A DNA stretch of 60,591 nucleotides, filler included, from Dugesia japonica (Eukaryota), in assembly GCA_001938525.1 (NCBI GenBank). It is 5 parts of 5 records of this genome, joined end to end, with 100 filler letters (N's around TTAATTAATTAA, not from the genome) between each part and the next. Parts side by side here need not be neighbours in the genome. Positions count along the whole stretch, not along the records: positions 1 to 13,643 come from MQRL01580620.1; positions 13,744 to 28,051 come from MQRL01580285.1; 3 more parts are not named here. One strand, written 5' to 3'. Position numbers and translations under genes: made by a program. The notes under the pieces are model-generated. The model was not told the DNA's origin. It was given only the letters and a program-made list of their open reading frames with translations, and did not search any database. Below, piece by piece: positions 12,886 to 26,059 of this stretch. How positions within the stretch are numbered: the stretch's first letter is position 1; each line of letters opens with the position of its first letter.

Positions 12886-12899
12886 CTATTAGGGAGTAG

Positions 12900-13410
12900 A
12901 AGAATTTGTAATTTGACACTTAGCATTGAAGTTCTATTAAAATAAAAGGTAGAGAACTTCAATGCATATTTAATATGTTTGGATGAAAGTACTGTTATGT
13001 CAGACAATACACAGTTAGCTTTTTTTGTTCGTGTAGTTGACAAAATTTTCCACATTAAAGAAGAGCTGGTAAAGTTAGCCAGCATGAAGAGAACCACAAC
13101 TGGAAAAGATATTTTTAATGAAGTTAAAAATGCTTTGACCTTTTTAAAATAACTGGAATCACAACAGATAGACTTCTTGAAATGGTTGGAACAAGCAATG
13201 AGCTCATTGGCTCTATGCAGACAGAGCTGGGAAAATTATCGAAGTCTACACAGTTTAATTCATTACTCTAAATTATACATCATGAACATTTATATGATAA
13301 ACAGTTGACTATGGATCATGTGATATTGGTTGTTTTTAACATTGTCGATTTTATCAGAGCTCATGGATTAAATTATAGGCACTTCAAAAAATTTCTTGAA
13401 GTTATGGAAG
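12900..13410 (+). mobile_element. hAT (Charlie/GTF2IRD2-like) transposase central fragment
   Basis: LICLDESTVMSDNTQLAFFVR..EELVKLASMKRTTTGKDIF..GITTD..IIHHEHL..VDFIRAHGLNYRHFKKFL. Confidence 0.85.
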
Positions 13411-13643
13411 TAGATAGATGTGATCGCAATAGATCACCCCCCCAGAAGAAATAAATAACTGATCTGAAAAACTGTGCCATAGGTCAATACATCCACCCAG
13501 AGGTCAACATCTATTTCCCTATAATAATTCTAGCAAGCTGATAAAACTACATGTAATTCTGCCAAATTGCCAAACCATAGAAAGTCTATTGAACTATGGT
13601 CAATTTATATCTGAATGCAAAAGTTATGTGGGTTTCATTAAAA

Positions 13644-13743
13644 NNNNNNNNNNNNNNNNNNNNNNNNNNNNNNNNNNNNNNNNNNNNTTAATTAATTAAN
13701 NNNNNNNNNNNNNNNNNNNNNNNNNNNNNNNNNNNNNNNNNNN
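13644..13743. other. Artificial assembly linker N44-TTAATTAATTAA-N44
   Basis: Identical 100-bp structure occurs four times; TTAATTAATTAA gives stops in all six frames. Confidence 0.95.
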
Positions 13744-13759
13744 AATAAAATTAATAAAA

Positions 13760-15000
13760 TTAATTAATAAAGATCAAACTGAAAAGGAAGAAATGTTACG
13801 GTTAAAACTCTAAATGATGGAGGAAAATAAAGAGAGACCATTAAAAAGTTGTTGGAAATGATTATGAATACAGACACTTTTAAAAAACAATTAATAGAAC
13901 CACAACAACGCTGGAGAGCTTAGAAAATTGTAGATAACCACTGCGCGAAACTAATCAAATTTAAAGACCTGAAGTAGACGATAAAAAAACTTTGACCAAA
14001 GTCGTTCCAACAAAGCCCCTAGCGAGAATAAGCCCTTTGATTTGAAAATAATTTACCAATAATATAGGACAATCAAACAATTCAACCACGACGACCACTT
14101 ATTCAGTAGAAGCCGACAAATACCGATATTTATCACAGTGAAGGGTGACAAAAACTTCTGTTTGATTCTAATATCCATAAGTAGAAATAAAATCGAAGAA
14201 GAGGATATCAGAAAGAGAAATAAAGAATCCAGAATATAGGAGGTCAAAGATTAGTTAAAGAAAGTAGTGATTAAGGGAAAACCAAAAATAGGGAATTAAA
14301 ACAAGCAATAACTAGTACAATCTTGAAAAAAAAGGAAACGACTTGGGAATGAGGAAACCAACGAAGATAGAAAATGACAGAATACATCAGAAGACTGAGA
14401 GAACAAAGAAAACGGCAAATAAAAACTAGTGCAGATAATTTATTAATAAGAATAAAGAAAATTGAATTAAATTAATAATTAAAGAAGGAAGAAATAAATT
14501 AAATAAATTATTTATGAAAAAACGCTTAAATTAAATTAAATATCAGCTTGGAAGCGATAGCCAATTGGATTCCATCAATTTTGCAATTCCAAGACATTGA
14601 TCAATAAAAGGAAATCATGTGACTAGACCTGAATAATTTAGCCAAAATCAAACGATCCTAATTAACCAAAACGAAGAATGGGGGTGTAAAAACAGACCGG
14701 TGAAAATATCGTTGAGTTTTCACATTAAAATCAATCAAATAAATTCACTTTTTAAATTCATACTAAAGAACAAATGGTGATTTATTGGAAAAAATTAATT
14801 ATTGCAATGGTTTCCGATCCAGAAATTTATTGGATACTGGGAGCCCCAGGAATATGATAATTTTACGAATTAGATGAAGGTGTGTAATAGATGGACACAT
14901 ACCGTGTAGGTGTGTAAATGAATCGGAGAGAAATTTAGACTGCACTAGTGTGTAATCAAAGATGGATCAATTAATCAATTTGGGTTGTCAAGGTGATTTC
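13760..15000 (+). mobile_element. Degenerate LTR-retrotransposon gag/protease remnant
   Basis: NLLDTGSPRNMII aspartic-protease motif at ~14825, preceded by purine-rich, charged, broken frames. Confidence 0.4.
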
Positions 15001-16658
15001 AATTGTGCTATGTGCTTGCTCTAGTTTTATATGCTGGCCACGGAAGTTTGATGAGTTTTCTTAAATTGTAGATTATACTGTAATCGATAAATTTTGGTAA
15101 CGGTTAATAATATAAATTTCATTAAATGAATTTTCTTTACTTAATAATAATGACTCTGACTATTAGTAATAATAATATTTTTTGAATTAAATGTTCAAAT
15201 AATGTTATTTTGCTAATAATATTATATGATAGTTAAAATAATTAATTAAAAATTTTAGTATTGATGAATAATTGATAGTAATATTAATTAATAATGATTT
15301 ATAATTATGATTACTGGTAGTAAAATCAATCAAGTGGTAACGATAATAATAATAAAATAATAAAAGTTAAGCCATTTTGAAATAATTAGTAATCAATAAC
15401 CATCCGTACTAACTTTCGATTTCAATACAGGCAACTTTAATGATAGTTATTGTGAGTATGTTTTGAAGAAGCGAGTTGAAATTTTTATGTGGTTGGTGAT
15501 CGTTTTCTTGAAATCTTTTTTGAAAATTGATTTAAATTGAAATGAAAAATTAAATGACTAATAAGTAATTGTTTTAAAGTTTGAAATTAAGTTTTAATAA
15601 ATAAATTGAAAATTTATTTTAAAATCTGAATTAAAAATTAAATGACTTTAAATAGATTTTAAAAGATTTTAAGAAACGATCACCAATTAAAAACACGAAT
15701 TTAATTTGTTTAAAAACAGAAATAGTGTTGTTATAGTTTTTATTTTAATAAATTTATGGAGTTGATGTTAATGATCCTATGAGTTCTCAAAACAAATCTA
15801 ACAGTAATAATAATAATAATGGTAATAATGATCATAATAATAAAATTAATAATTTCAGCTTTCAAAATAATAAAAAATGATGATAACAAATGAATGGTTA
15901 AAAAGGGGAATTAATGACGATAAAGTTTTACAATAAGTACTAGTAATCATAATTCATGGCGATAACCATATACAATTAATGGGAATATGTGTAAACATGA
16001 TTATGATAAAAATGTTAACTAGATGTCGACAGAAGTGCTAATCCTAGATAACAAAAATGATTATAAGGACAATACTTAATTAGAAACTAAAAGCTCGATT
16101 ATTCACCCGACTTGCATCATTACGAATTTACGACAAATCTAAGGAATTGTATATCGATTGCCCATCTTGTATTCTTTTCCTTAAATATAAACAATAATAA
16201 TAGTTGCAACAAGATACTAGTATACATATTATACAATGACAGTCACCTTAATCACTAGGCTAACGAAGTTGTCTGTCGAACCAGAGCAAGTATTATTGAA
16301 GTGTGAACCCAAACCAAAGGAATTTGAACTACGGGCTACGAGTCACTGGTCCCACTCTGCAAATCTAGAGCGGGGGACTAGATTAAATTTTTCGTTGGCT
16401 TTCACTAGGCCATGTCATCCTAGATATAGTTTAAAATTAAACTGTTTTGATGCAACCCTAACAATAATAATTACTATTATTAAAATTATAATAAAAACAC
16501 AAATTGAAAAAGTTTTGACAACATTCTAGTATTTTTCAATTAAAGATTGTTTGTTAAAAAGTATTATAATAAAATTCTGGTAATTTTTCAAATTTAATTT
16601 TAAATTAAAACCAATTTCTTTATATATATATATATATAAATATTAAATTGATTGAAAT

Positions 16659-16850
16659 ATTTCATTAAAATAAGAAAAGGCTTCGATCATAATAAAATTT
16701 ATTTGTAAATAAATTTTTTTATACAATATAAATTTTTTTTTACAAATAAATTTTATTTTGATCGAAGCCTTTTCTTATGTTAATGAAATCTGAAATGCGA
16801 TCAATGGTTAAGTCCAACAATTATTCTCACAATAATTGTAATTATAAAAT
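16659..16850. repeat. Palindrome (~60-bp arms) followed by the ATGGTTAAGTCCAACAATTATTCTC repeat-family motif
   Basis: ATTTCATTAAAATAAGAAAAGGCTTCGATCA...TGATCGAAGCCTTTTCTTATGTTAATGAAAT; variants of the downstream motif at ~6275, ~35386 and ~48369. Confidence 0.8.
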
Positions 16851-17691
16851 GATTGAAATATATTCACATTCATTATTTTATTGTGAAAGAGTTTTGAATG
16901 ATATTTACATGTTAAATGATTCCTAGTAAATCTTGGTCTTTTAACGAATACATTTTGTTTTAACAGAATTTATTTCTCATGTTAATATCTACTTTGTATT
17001 TTCGTGTGTGTATTTTACTTTTTAATTAAAGAGCACCGTAGATAAATAGAGCACTTGAATCTTTTCATGAATCTAATTTTAATTTGGTATTTATTTTTAA
17101 CACATGACGTAATGATCATTATTAGAATTATTACTACTCATAATTTCACTTTGTTTAGAAGTATTATACTTTGTTATATGAAATAATACTTGTTTTAATT
17201 TTGTTTTCTATTGTCATTTATAATCCGTATCTTTTATTTCAATTTTCTACGAGTTACCACAAGTAAAATAAATTATATTTTAATTAAGTGGACTTTAGTC
17301 AATATTACTATCTAATCAATCAGCATTATGTGTACACGACTTACCATTGATATTTACTATATTAAATGCTTCATTGATTTACATGGTTTCTAAGAAAAAT
17401 GAGTACGTTAACGATTCATGATTAACTGGAGTATAAATGTTTTTGATAATGAATTTTTACGTTATAACAACTGTCAATATTTTAATTTTAGGTTGTTTTT
17501 CTTTATGCCAAATTTAAAGCTAAGGTTAAAATTTTTAGATGGTCTGTGTAATAAATTAATGTTTAGTTTATAAAGATATCACTTATGAGTAGAAATAGAA
17601 TCAGAGTCGAGAATTCTTTCTCACAACTACATTTACAATGTATACAAACGTAACTTTTCTAGAATATTTTCCATTTGTAATAATTGGTCTG

Positions 17692-18620
17692 TAGATAGAT
17701 ACATCTACACTGGGTCACCCCACCGACAAATTGATCCGGGGATTTTAGTGATTTTGAAATTTTGTAACTTGATTGGTCGTTACGATTACATAAAAAATTT
17801 TCGATTTCGAATTTTATTGGTCGAAAGTTTGCTCAGTTGAAATTCAGTATTTTGGTTTTGAATTTGTTTGATCAAATTTGCTCGCATAGTTTCAAATCTG
17901 GTATCGTTGGACTCACATTTAAAAACTGTTAATTGATTTTACGTAACCTTTCTAGGAAAATGTTTGGTTCTCGAGATAAAGATACGTCTGAACTGGATTA
18001 CTTCAAACTTGGTTTAGAATTTCTGCTGTTGCATAATGAAAATTTTAATACAATTTGATTCAGAATGAAATACTGTTTGTATATTGTTTAAAGGACTACA
18101 GTAGAAAAATGATTATTTCAGGAAATAATATATAATCATATTAAATAAAAATTATAATTATAATAATTTTTCAAATATTTTGATATCATTCAACTATGAA
18201 TAAAAAAACTGTCTATACATGGTTTGAAGGACAACTATTGAAAAATGTTTCATTCTACACTGAAAGGGATGGTGCGTACCGGATCAAATCTTATTCCTCT
18301 ATTTTGGTGTAGAAATTTTGGATCGAAACCGGTATCATTTACAATGTAAATTAAAACGCAAATCAGGTCTGTATTAATAACCAGTATCGAAAAAAAGGTT
18401 CTCAAAATAAAAAACTGATTATATATTAAATAAGGCTTACTATCTAAAAATGCTTTGTTCTCGAGATAAAGGTAGGTCCGCTTTGGATCACTTNGAAGTT
18501 GGTATAGAATTTTCCCGTCAAAACTAATCGTATGAACTTGAAATCTTTAGATTCAAAATAAAAACAACTACTTATACATTGCTTAAAAGACTAGTATAAA
18601 AAAAAGCTTACTTCTAATAA
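17692..18620 (+). repeat. Dispersed non-coding repeat with internal duplication; homolog at 29461-29920
   Basis: TTGATTGGTCGTTAC..TTTATTGGTCGAAA..TGGATTACTT..AACTT blocks align between 17700-18120 and 29461-29900; 18260-18610 repeats the distal half. Confidence 0.7.
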
Positions 18621-19142
18621 TTTGATTTCATTATGTGTTTTGTTTAAATTCCAGGTGTTAATTTAAATTCAATTTTAAAATTCCGCGTATAATTCATTAT
18701 TTCTACAGTAAAATTTTATAATTAATTATCCTAAGTTTTATAATATGAAATCTTGATATATTTTTAAATTAACTGTTTAAAATTTCCTAAGTATTGAAAA
18801 TTTCAAATTTTACTATTGGTACATACAGAGCCGGCACTAAGAATTTATTTAGTAGATAAAAGTCAAATAGTATTTAAAAAATTTGCTTTTTTTGTTTCAA
18901 AATATTTATTTATTTCTTAACTTAGAAACAACACAAAATAAATTAACTTATTCGAAATTCTTTCGCAAATATAACAATAAACTTAAACGTTATTAGCAAA
19001 ATATAATAACTAATGCATTGAACCCTCACCAAGTATAACACAGTCACATAATGATTAAAATATCATTGATGATTTTAGAAGACGAAATGAATTAGAAGCT
19101 GCACCATTATACCATCCTTATTCATGAAGGAAAGGTACTCCT

Positions 19143-19960
19143 ATGTATTCTATGAAACACATAGCTAGACAAATATATAATAAATGTAGAGGTTTTTCAG
19201 CACCTAAGGATGAATTTCTTCGATCTGGTCAATGTTTCTGTTGTAGTGGAGAAGATCATCTGAGAATGCACTGTCCACTGAAAAACAAATGTTTGTTTTG
19301 CGGTAAACATAATCATCTTTTTTCGGTCATGCCTACTGCTAGTGACAACATCAAAGCCCTGAAGAAAATCAGTTATGTGTATTTACAAAGAATCAGAGGA
19401 TTTGAACCAAATAAAATGTTACCAAGATGAATTTAAAGAAGTAAAAACCCGACGGGCTCCATTGCATACATTTTGTCTATGGGGTTGAGTTAATAAAGAT
19501 TTTCAAAATTTGGAATAGAAAAGATGTTGAGATGTATGAAACTGCATATGATTGGCAATAAATTTTGATGAAGATGAAGGATGTAGAGATCAGAATGTTG
19601 TAGGATTCAAAAGCATCAGTAACAGTATTAAAAGAAGAAACATAAAGAAAATTCAGAGGTCCTAAATTATTTTCTAGAAGTATCTTACATAGCGATTTGT
19701 TTTCATCTGAAGGAGAGAAGCCTTTAGGGATGTTTAAAGCAAAACTTTCTTTGAAATGAAGGAACTGCAGAGCACAAGTAATTGCTGTAAAAGAAACTAC
19801 AACTAAATTTTATTGGTGAATAGGATTTGATGAAGTTATTTGTTAAATTACCCTCATGTTTGCAATATTGATTCTGTTGATTTGAATAAGAAAATATCAG
19901 ACATTAACAGAAGAAATTACGTAACATCATTTTTCAAAGATCAATCAAGTATGCGATTAC
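19143..19960 (+). mobile_element. Ty3/gypsy gag (two CCHC zinc knuckles) and protease remnant
   Basis: CFCCSGEDHLRMHC-PLKNK-CLFCGKHNHLFSV; downstream ML*DSKASVTVL, a degenerate protease motif. Confidence 0.7.
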
Positions 19961-19989
19961 ATAAATTACTGGGTCAATATTTCTATTAC

Positions 19990-21690
19990 ATCAACATTTG
20001 ACATTCTGTATAAAGCTGTAGTTCAACATGATATCTAAGAGAATTCCTTAATATCAAATAAAAACTTGAATGGTTTCACTTCATCTCAAAAAGTTTCAAA
20101 ACAATTTTTCATTACTTTGTTAGCACATACAAACATTTTATTAAATACTTTCTTCTTATATTTCATTTTTGTGCTCAATGAGTCTTCTTCCACCATTTTT
20201 CCTTGTCGCCTACCAATTGAATCAATTGGAAAACAATTGTATACATCCAGAATATAAGCAAGTTTCTATTCTTGAACAATTATTGAATCAAATTTATTCT
20301 GATTACAATTTTTCTGTAAAGAGAACCATAGTTATTGTTAGAGATAATAAAGCTTGTTCCTATATTAATAGAAACTGATTGAAGTTATTTATGGGAAATA
20401 TTAATTTCAAATAATATGTCACACCAAATCATAATTAAACACAAGAAATCAGAATTTGTAATTTTTGATGCAATTGATTCTGCAGTAATTTTTGCAAGTG
20501 CATTGTAGATTAATTTAGCTACATAATGTAGTGCTTAATAAACCTTTGGTAATTCCAAACCAAATGTGACTTTCTCATTATGTATAACTTAGGNATTTAT
20601 TTGTTAAAAATGAAAACTTTGCTTGCAAGATTCTCTACCTTTCGGTTGACGTAGGGAAGAATTTCTTAACTTGATCAATGATATTACAAAACTTGGCAAT
20701 CTTGTGTGAACACTTCACTAAATCAATCACGACTAAGTTCAAAGTGTGTCTACAGCATGGAATACAAAAAGCACGAGACATTTTTTGAAAATACGAGCTT
20801 GAACACCATTTCTAACATCTTTTATATTCGCGTCGTTATCATAACTCTGGCCTCTTCTGCTTTCAATTGAAACATTGTTAGATTCTAATGAATCAAAGAT
20901 TACCTTCGTTAATTCAGTTGAACTTTTAATCAAGTAAAAGCCAAAAAANAACTGTCATTAATTTGAATATTTTAATTATTTTCCACGTTTACATATCGAA
21001 TTATCATTGACATTTGATCATTGTGGCTGATATAGTGTGCAATTGACTATCAACGAAAAGTACACCGATTATTGCACTTTCTCCGAAATTTTATTTTGGA
21101 TGTCTTTTCCTACATAATGAACGGAATAAAATTTTTCCTTAGCTCTGACCAAATGTTTTTCTCTAACCGATTCAAATTCAGCCAAAATGTCTAAGAATTT
21201 CAAAATATTTCGATTATTGTTTTGGTAAACTTTATCAGAAGATCCCCTAAATAACAGATTTTGTTACCCTATCAAATTAGTCTTCTCAACACATTGGCCC
21301 AATATTAAATTTTTTTCTTCAATTTTTTTTCTTTGATGGCATTTACTGACTCTCTTACGTAATCTCTTCATTAATTCTATACAGTTGTTGAAGCATTCAA
21401 AATTTTCGGTACTTCACTCGNNNNNNNNNNNNNNNNNNNNNNNNNNNNNNNNNNNNNNNNNNNNNNNNNNNNNNNNNNNNNNNNNNNNNNAATTTTGTTT
21501 TGAATAAACTAATCCTGACACGAAAATTCGTTTAACATTATCCATAATTCGTTGAAATAATAATTATTTTAATACTTAAATTTTCGTATATTGATTCAAT
21601 TTATCTTTGAAAACGTTTGGTCCTTCATTAATTGCTTTTTGAATATTGTCTTTGCCAAAAGCATCTAGCTATTCACTTATATCAGTTAAT
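19990..21690 (-). mobile_element. hAT (ZMYM1/DUF4371-like) transposase pseudogene
   Basis: RGQSYDNDANIKDVRNGVQARI, HTLNL, and DQMSMIIRYV motifs; multiple stops and frameshifts. Confidence 0.85.
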
Positions 21691-24021
21691 TCAAAGTGAT
21701 AGATATAGTCAACTAAATTTGTTGATTCTCCATGATAATTAAAATAAAATTAAACCATATCATAATAATAATAATTATTATCATTAATATTGTTAGTATT
21801 AATTATTACTCACAGAAAATAAATATTTTTAGTCTTTATGTTATTAAATTAAAAGATATTTGTGCCTGGAAATGCTAAAACAATTACCTCAGGAGTTAAC
21901 ATTTTAAACAAACTGACAGCAATAACAAAAGTATTACAACATGATTAATTTGCAGGTGATTATACAGTCTAAATAATTAATCATTAAAAAAAAGTCTTGG
22001 ATAAACTCCAATTTTTTTGAAATATGATTAATAGTGACTTTTTACTTTCAAATGTTGATTATATTTATTGCTTTTCTCTAAAGAAAAATTTAATAATAAT
22101 AATAATAATAATGTTAGGACAAAACCAATCAAACATAATAATCAAAAATATAAAATTCACAGAGATAGCAAAGTTATTAGAAAATTACAATACAATTTAG
22201 AAGCAGCAGGAGAATTCCAATGCAAAACAAATAACGATAAATATAAGCGATATATTTTCAAAAGGAAAATCAATTGGAAAAAATAAAAATGTTTTTAACA
22301 ACTTAATTTTTTAACAAATGATTCACAATTAATTCAAATAATAATCAAAATAATAAATGAATTCCTCATTTAACAATTAAATTTATAGAATAATCTATAA
22401 GTATGCGATAAATTCTATGAGATTATTGCGAATAGAATTAATTTTATAATTAATTCAACCAATGAAATTTTCAAAATAATCCAAAAAAGAGTATAAATAC
22501 CTAAAGAAAATTTTGCAAAAAAACTAGGTAAAAACACTGGAAATAACTCATAATGTAGTGGTTTAAATTAAGTAAATATTTCTGCTTACAANCGTAAGTA
22601 CACACTAACGATAATCGATTTCATTCGCATTTCATATTTTGCTGTTTCCAAAGAAAATTACGATTAATTACATTATCAGCAATCTCGACATCAGACGTCA
22701 ACAATCGTAACTTGAAAATTTTAATCCATAACTAGTTAGTGTGCAAAAACACTGGGAGAATTTGTATTAATCACAAACTTTTTTCCATTATCACTATTAG
22801 GAGTTGGCCTACGTACCCTGCATTTAGAATAATTTCATTTTCAGACATTTATTTTCTAAAATAATTGGATTTACAAATAAATAGTATAATAAAATTCTAC
22901 AATACTAAATAAAACATTTTATATAATAATATTTAAAAACGTTATAATTTTGAAGCCAAAATAATTTTACAAAATATTATTTATTAAACAATTAATAATT
23001 AAAAATTACAAGCTTACGTATGGCTATTCACCAATTACAATTTAATTCCTAAAATAAATATAAAATTCACACTCGTTCACTCGTTTTTAAAAATCTGCCA
23101 TACATAATATTTAACCAAATGTTTCTTTTATTTAAAATAAACAAGTCAGCTTTAATTAATAACATACTTATAAAAATAAAAATTACTTAAAACATTCACG
23201 AATTACGCATTTCCTCAACACCACTACTCGATTAGTTAATCAATCGACAAATCTCTGGACAGGATTTTTGCAATCAAGGCACTAGAATATTTTAAAATAA
23301 TGACAAGTCCGTGTGTAGAAACACGGTATAAAATCTAGAGAGACTTTATCCAATTCATTAACTTTTTCCCATTTGCAATTAGCAACAGAAAATTAAATCA
23401 AATTCAATTGCCATATTTATTGTCAGTCATCTTGATCACCATCTTCTTTGAGTATGTAAATTTTCGATTAATTAAGACATGTTTTAACCAAACTTAATCT
23501 TAGTCGGTCTCACAAAACGGAAATTATGTAATGGACTAATCCAACAATATCTACTAAGGAGATGATTGTGTTAGTGATTGATATTGATTAGGATAAGACT
23601 ACTTGAAAATGGAAATGGAAGACATTTTGATCTGCACAACCAAACCAATTATAGACAAACATCCGAAAACAGCTCGGAATCGGTGATAGCCGTTTCTTCA
23701 CTTCAAAAAACTTAGTGATTAACAATTAATAGTTTATTAGATGTGTTATCAAATAAAAATTTCCATGTTTTCATAAATTTCATGAATTTCAACTATTTAT
23801 GAGCGCGGGTATAGGAGAGCATCGGTATTTGCGATCAATTCGGACCTTCTATTGTTCTAATACTCAACAAATTTAAACAAAATTGGTACACGCTTGCACT
23901 CCTAGACATAGTCACTGACACCAGCGACAGAACCGGTCTTAAAACAGCCGGGTAAGTCATGGTTGAGTATGGCTAAATACACCTAGACTAATTAAATAGC
24001 CACCCATAACCAATTATAATA

Positions 24022-24084
<63 letters not shown>

Positions 24085-24134
24085 NNNNNNNNNNNNNNNN
24101 NNNNNNNNNNNNNNNNNNNNNNNNNNNNNNNNNN

Positions 24135-24200
<66 letters not shown>

Positions 24201-24201
24201 T

Positions 24202-25050
24202 GTTATGAAGTTTCTTAACTTGATTTACCGTTATGGTTCTTATCTATGAGTTGAAATAAATATATTTTATTATTTATATATTATTTATTTACTCCGTTTG
24301 TGATATGCTTTATGTTTAGATTTCTTATTTTATTATTAATTTGTATTATTTTATTTTAATTATCTGAGAAATTATCTAGAACCTATCAGTGTCTCCTGTA
24401 TCAATCTTTGGATAATTCAGATTTTTATTATTTCAATTTTTATTAATTCAGGTTTATTTTGTGTATGAATTTTATTAATATTTTTGTGTTTGCATTTATT
24501 ATCATTATAATAATTACAATATACTATACTAAGTTATACGATAATAAAATGTAAAATTAAGACAACCCCACAATAAGAAAATCAATCATTTTTCAAGATT
24601 TGTACACCGAAATTAGAAAGATTTCATATTTTTAAACAAATAAAAAAGAAAGTAAAATAAAAAGTTAAAATGACCAGAATGAGTAAATTTACATTATTTT
24701 TTTTTAAAAAACATTCATTGGTAAATTATTGATTTCATTTTTTATTTCGTCTGTGTATTTTACAGTAAATCCCTAAATTTTGCTGCAGATCGTACAAGTA
24801 TATTCCGATTAAAAATCTGGTGCGCTACATATGCATACACCCCGGTTGTCCCAACATTGATCCAGGAGACACTTCCGGGCTCTATATAATTTCTCAGATA
24901 ATTAAAATAAAATAATACAAATTCATAATAAAGAAAATGAAATCTAAATATAAAGTATATCACAAACGAAGTTTAATAAATAGAATACTAGTGTTTTCAA
25001 CTTATAGATAAAAATCATAACGTTAAATCAAATTAAGAAACTTCAAAACA
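24202..25050. mobile_element. Foldback/MITE-like element with ~200-bp diverged terminal inverted repeats
   Basis: 24202-24405 is the reverse complement of 24857-25050 (e.g. TATTTTAATTATCTGAGAAATTAT / ATAATTTCTCAGATAATTAAAATA). Confidence 0.7.
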
Positions 25051-26059
25051 ACAAGAAAAATTGTTGATATTTTTGAAGAGTAGTGAAAATAAAAGAAAGG
25101 TTTCTTGAAAAAAAAAGTTCACTTGATTAAAATGCAGTGACGTTGAGGCCTTGATAATTAGACCACCCTTCTCTTTGGTTTAGAGTGAGAAATAAAAAAG
25201 GCAAGTAGTTTTTTTAATACAATAAATAATCAAGAAATAAATTTAACACATGAACAATTACATAACGAAAGAAAAGAATATTCTGGGTAAAATTTAAACT
25301 TTAATCATAAGATGAACGTGCAAAAACAAGCATATAAGTTTCCATTTCATTATTATAAGAGTTCATTTTTACATACTAATTATGGCNTCCAATCTTATGT
25401 CTTATGTATAACTTTGAAATGGTTTTGTTCTTTGACGAATCAATCATACACACACACACACAGACACTTTATACACAATAGTATGCACGACGTTTAAAGT
25501 TGGTTGACAAATGAGGTTTCACATTTTACTGAATTATTGGCTTACTATAAATAAACTTTTAAAATTTCACATTTGGGATGAATTTATCTTATTATTATCG
25601 AGTCAATTCTACTTTCATAAAATAATATTCGTAAATATATTCCGAATTTTCATCGAAAAGTTCTATCAAAGGGTTTGTAAAAGTACCAAAATTAATCTCA
25701 AATAATTGAATGAAACTCTAAAATAATGATTTATTTTGGCAGAAAGATATCTATGTAAATGTCTATAAATGAACATTCAACAAAGCATTAAGTAATATTG
25801 TGTATTATGAAATATTTTTTCAATTATTTCTCAAAAAGTATTTATTTTGTTAAATGAAATTAATAATTGTTCTTTAAATTTCGGAACACAATTGTGTCAA
25901 ATATTCTAGTTCTTATACTTGTATAAAAATATGTGCATAATACAGCATGTTTTAGAGAAACAATAGAACGTATTTAACCCTTGGAATCCTTATAGAACAC
26001 AGGTGGTCCATGAATAAAATTATGGCAAAAGTGTGAGTCCGGGACATTTAATATTACTT

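Noticed and set aside
22736-22817. Possible terminal exon VRRPTPNSDNGKKFVINTNSPSVFAH* on the minus strand
   Set aside because: Single short frame, no linked exon or homology
23500-24030. 3' end of an R4/Dong-like non-LTR element before the AAT tract
   Set aside because: Only faint resemblance to an REL endonuclease; no convincing CCHC or PD..D motif
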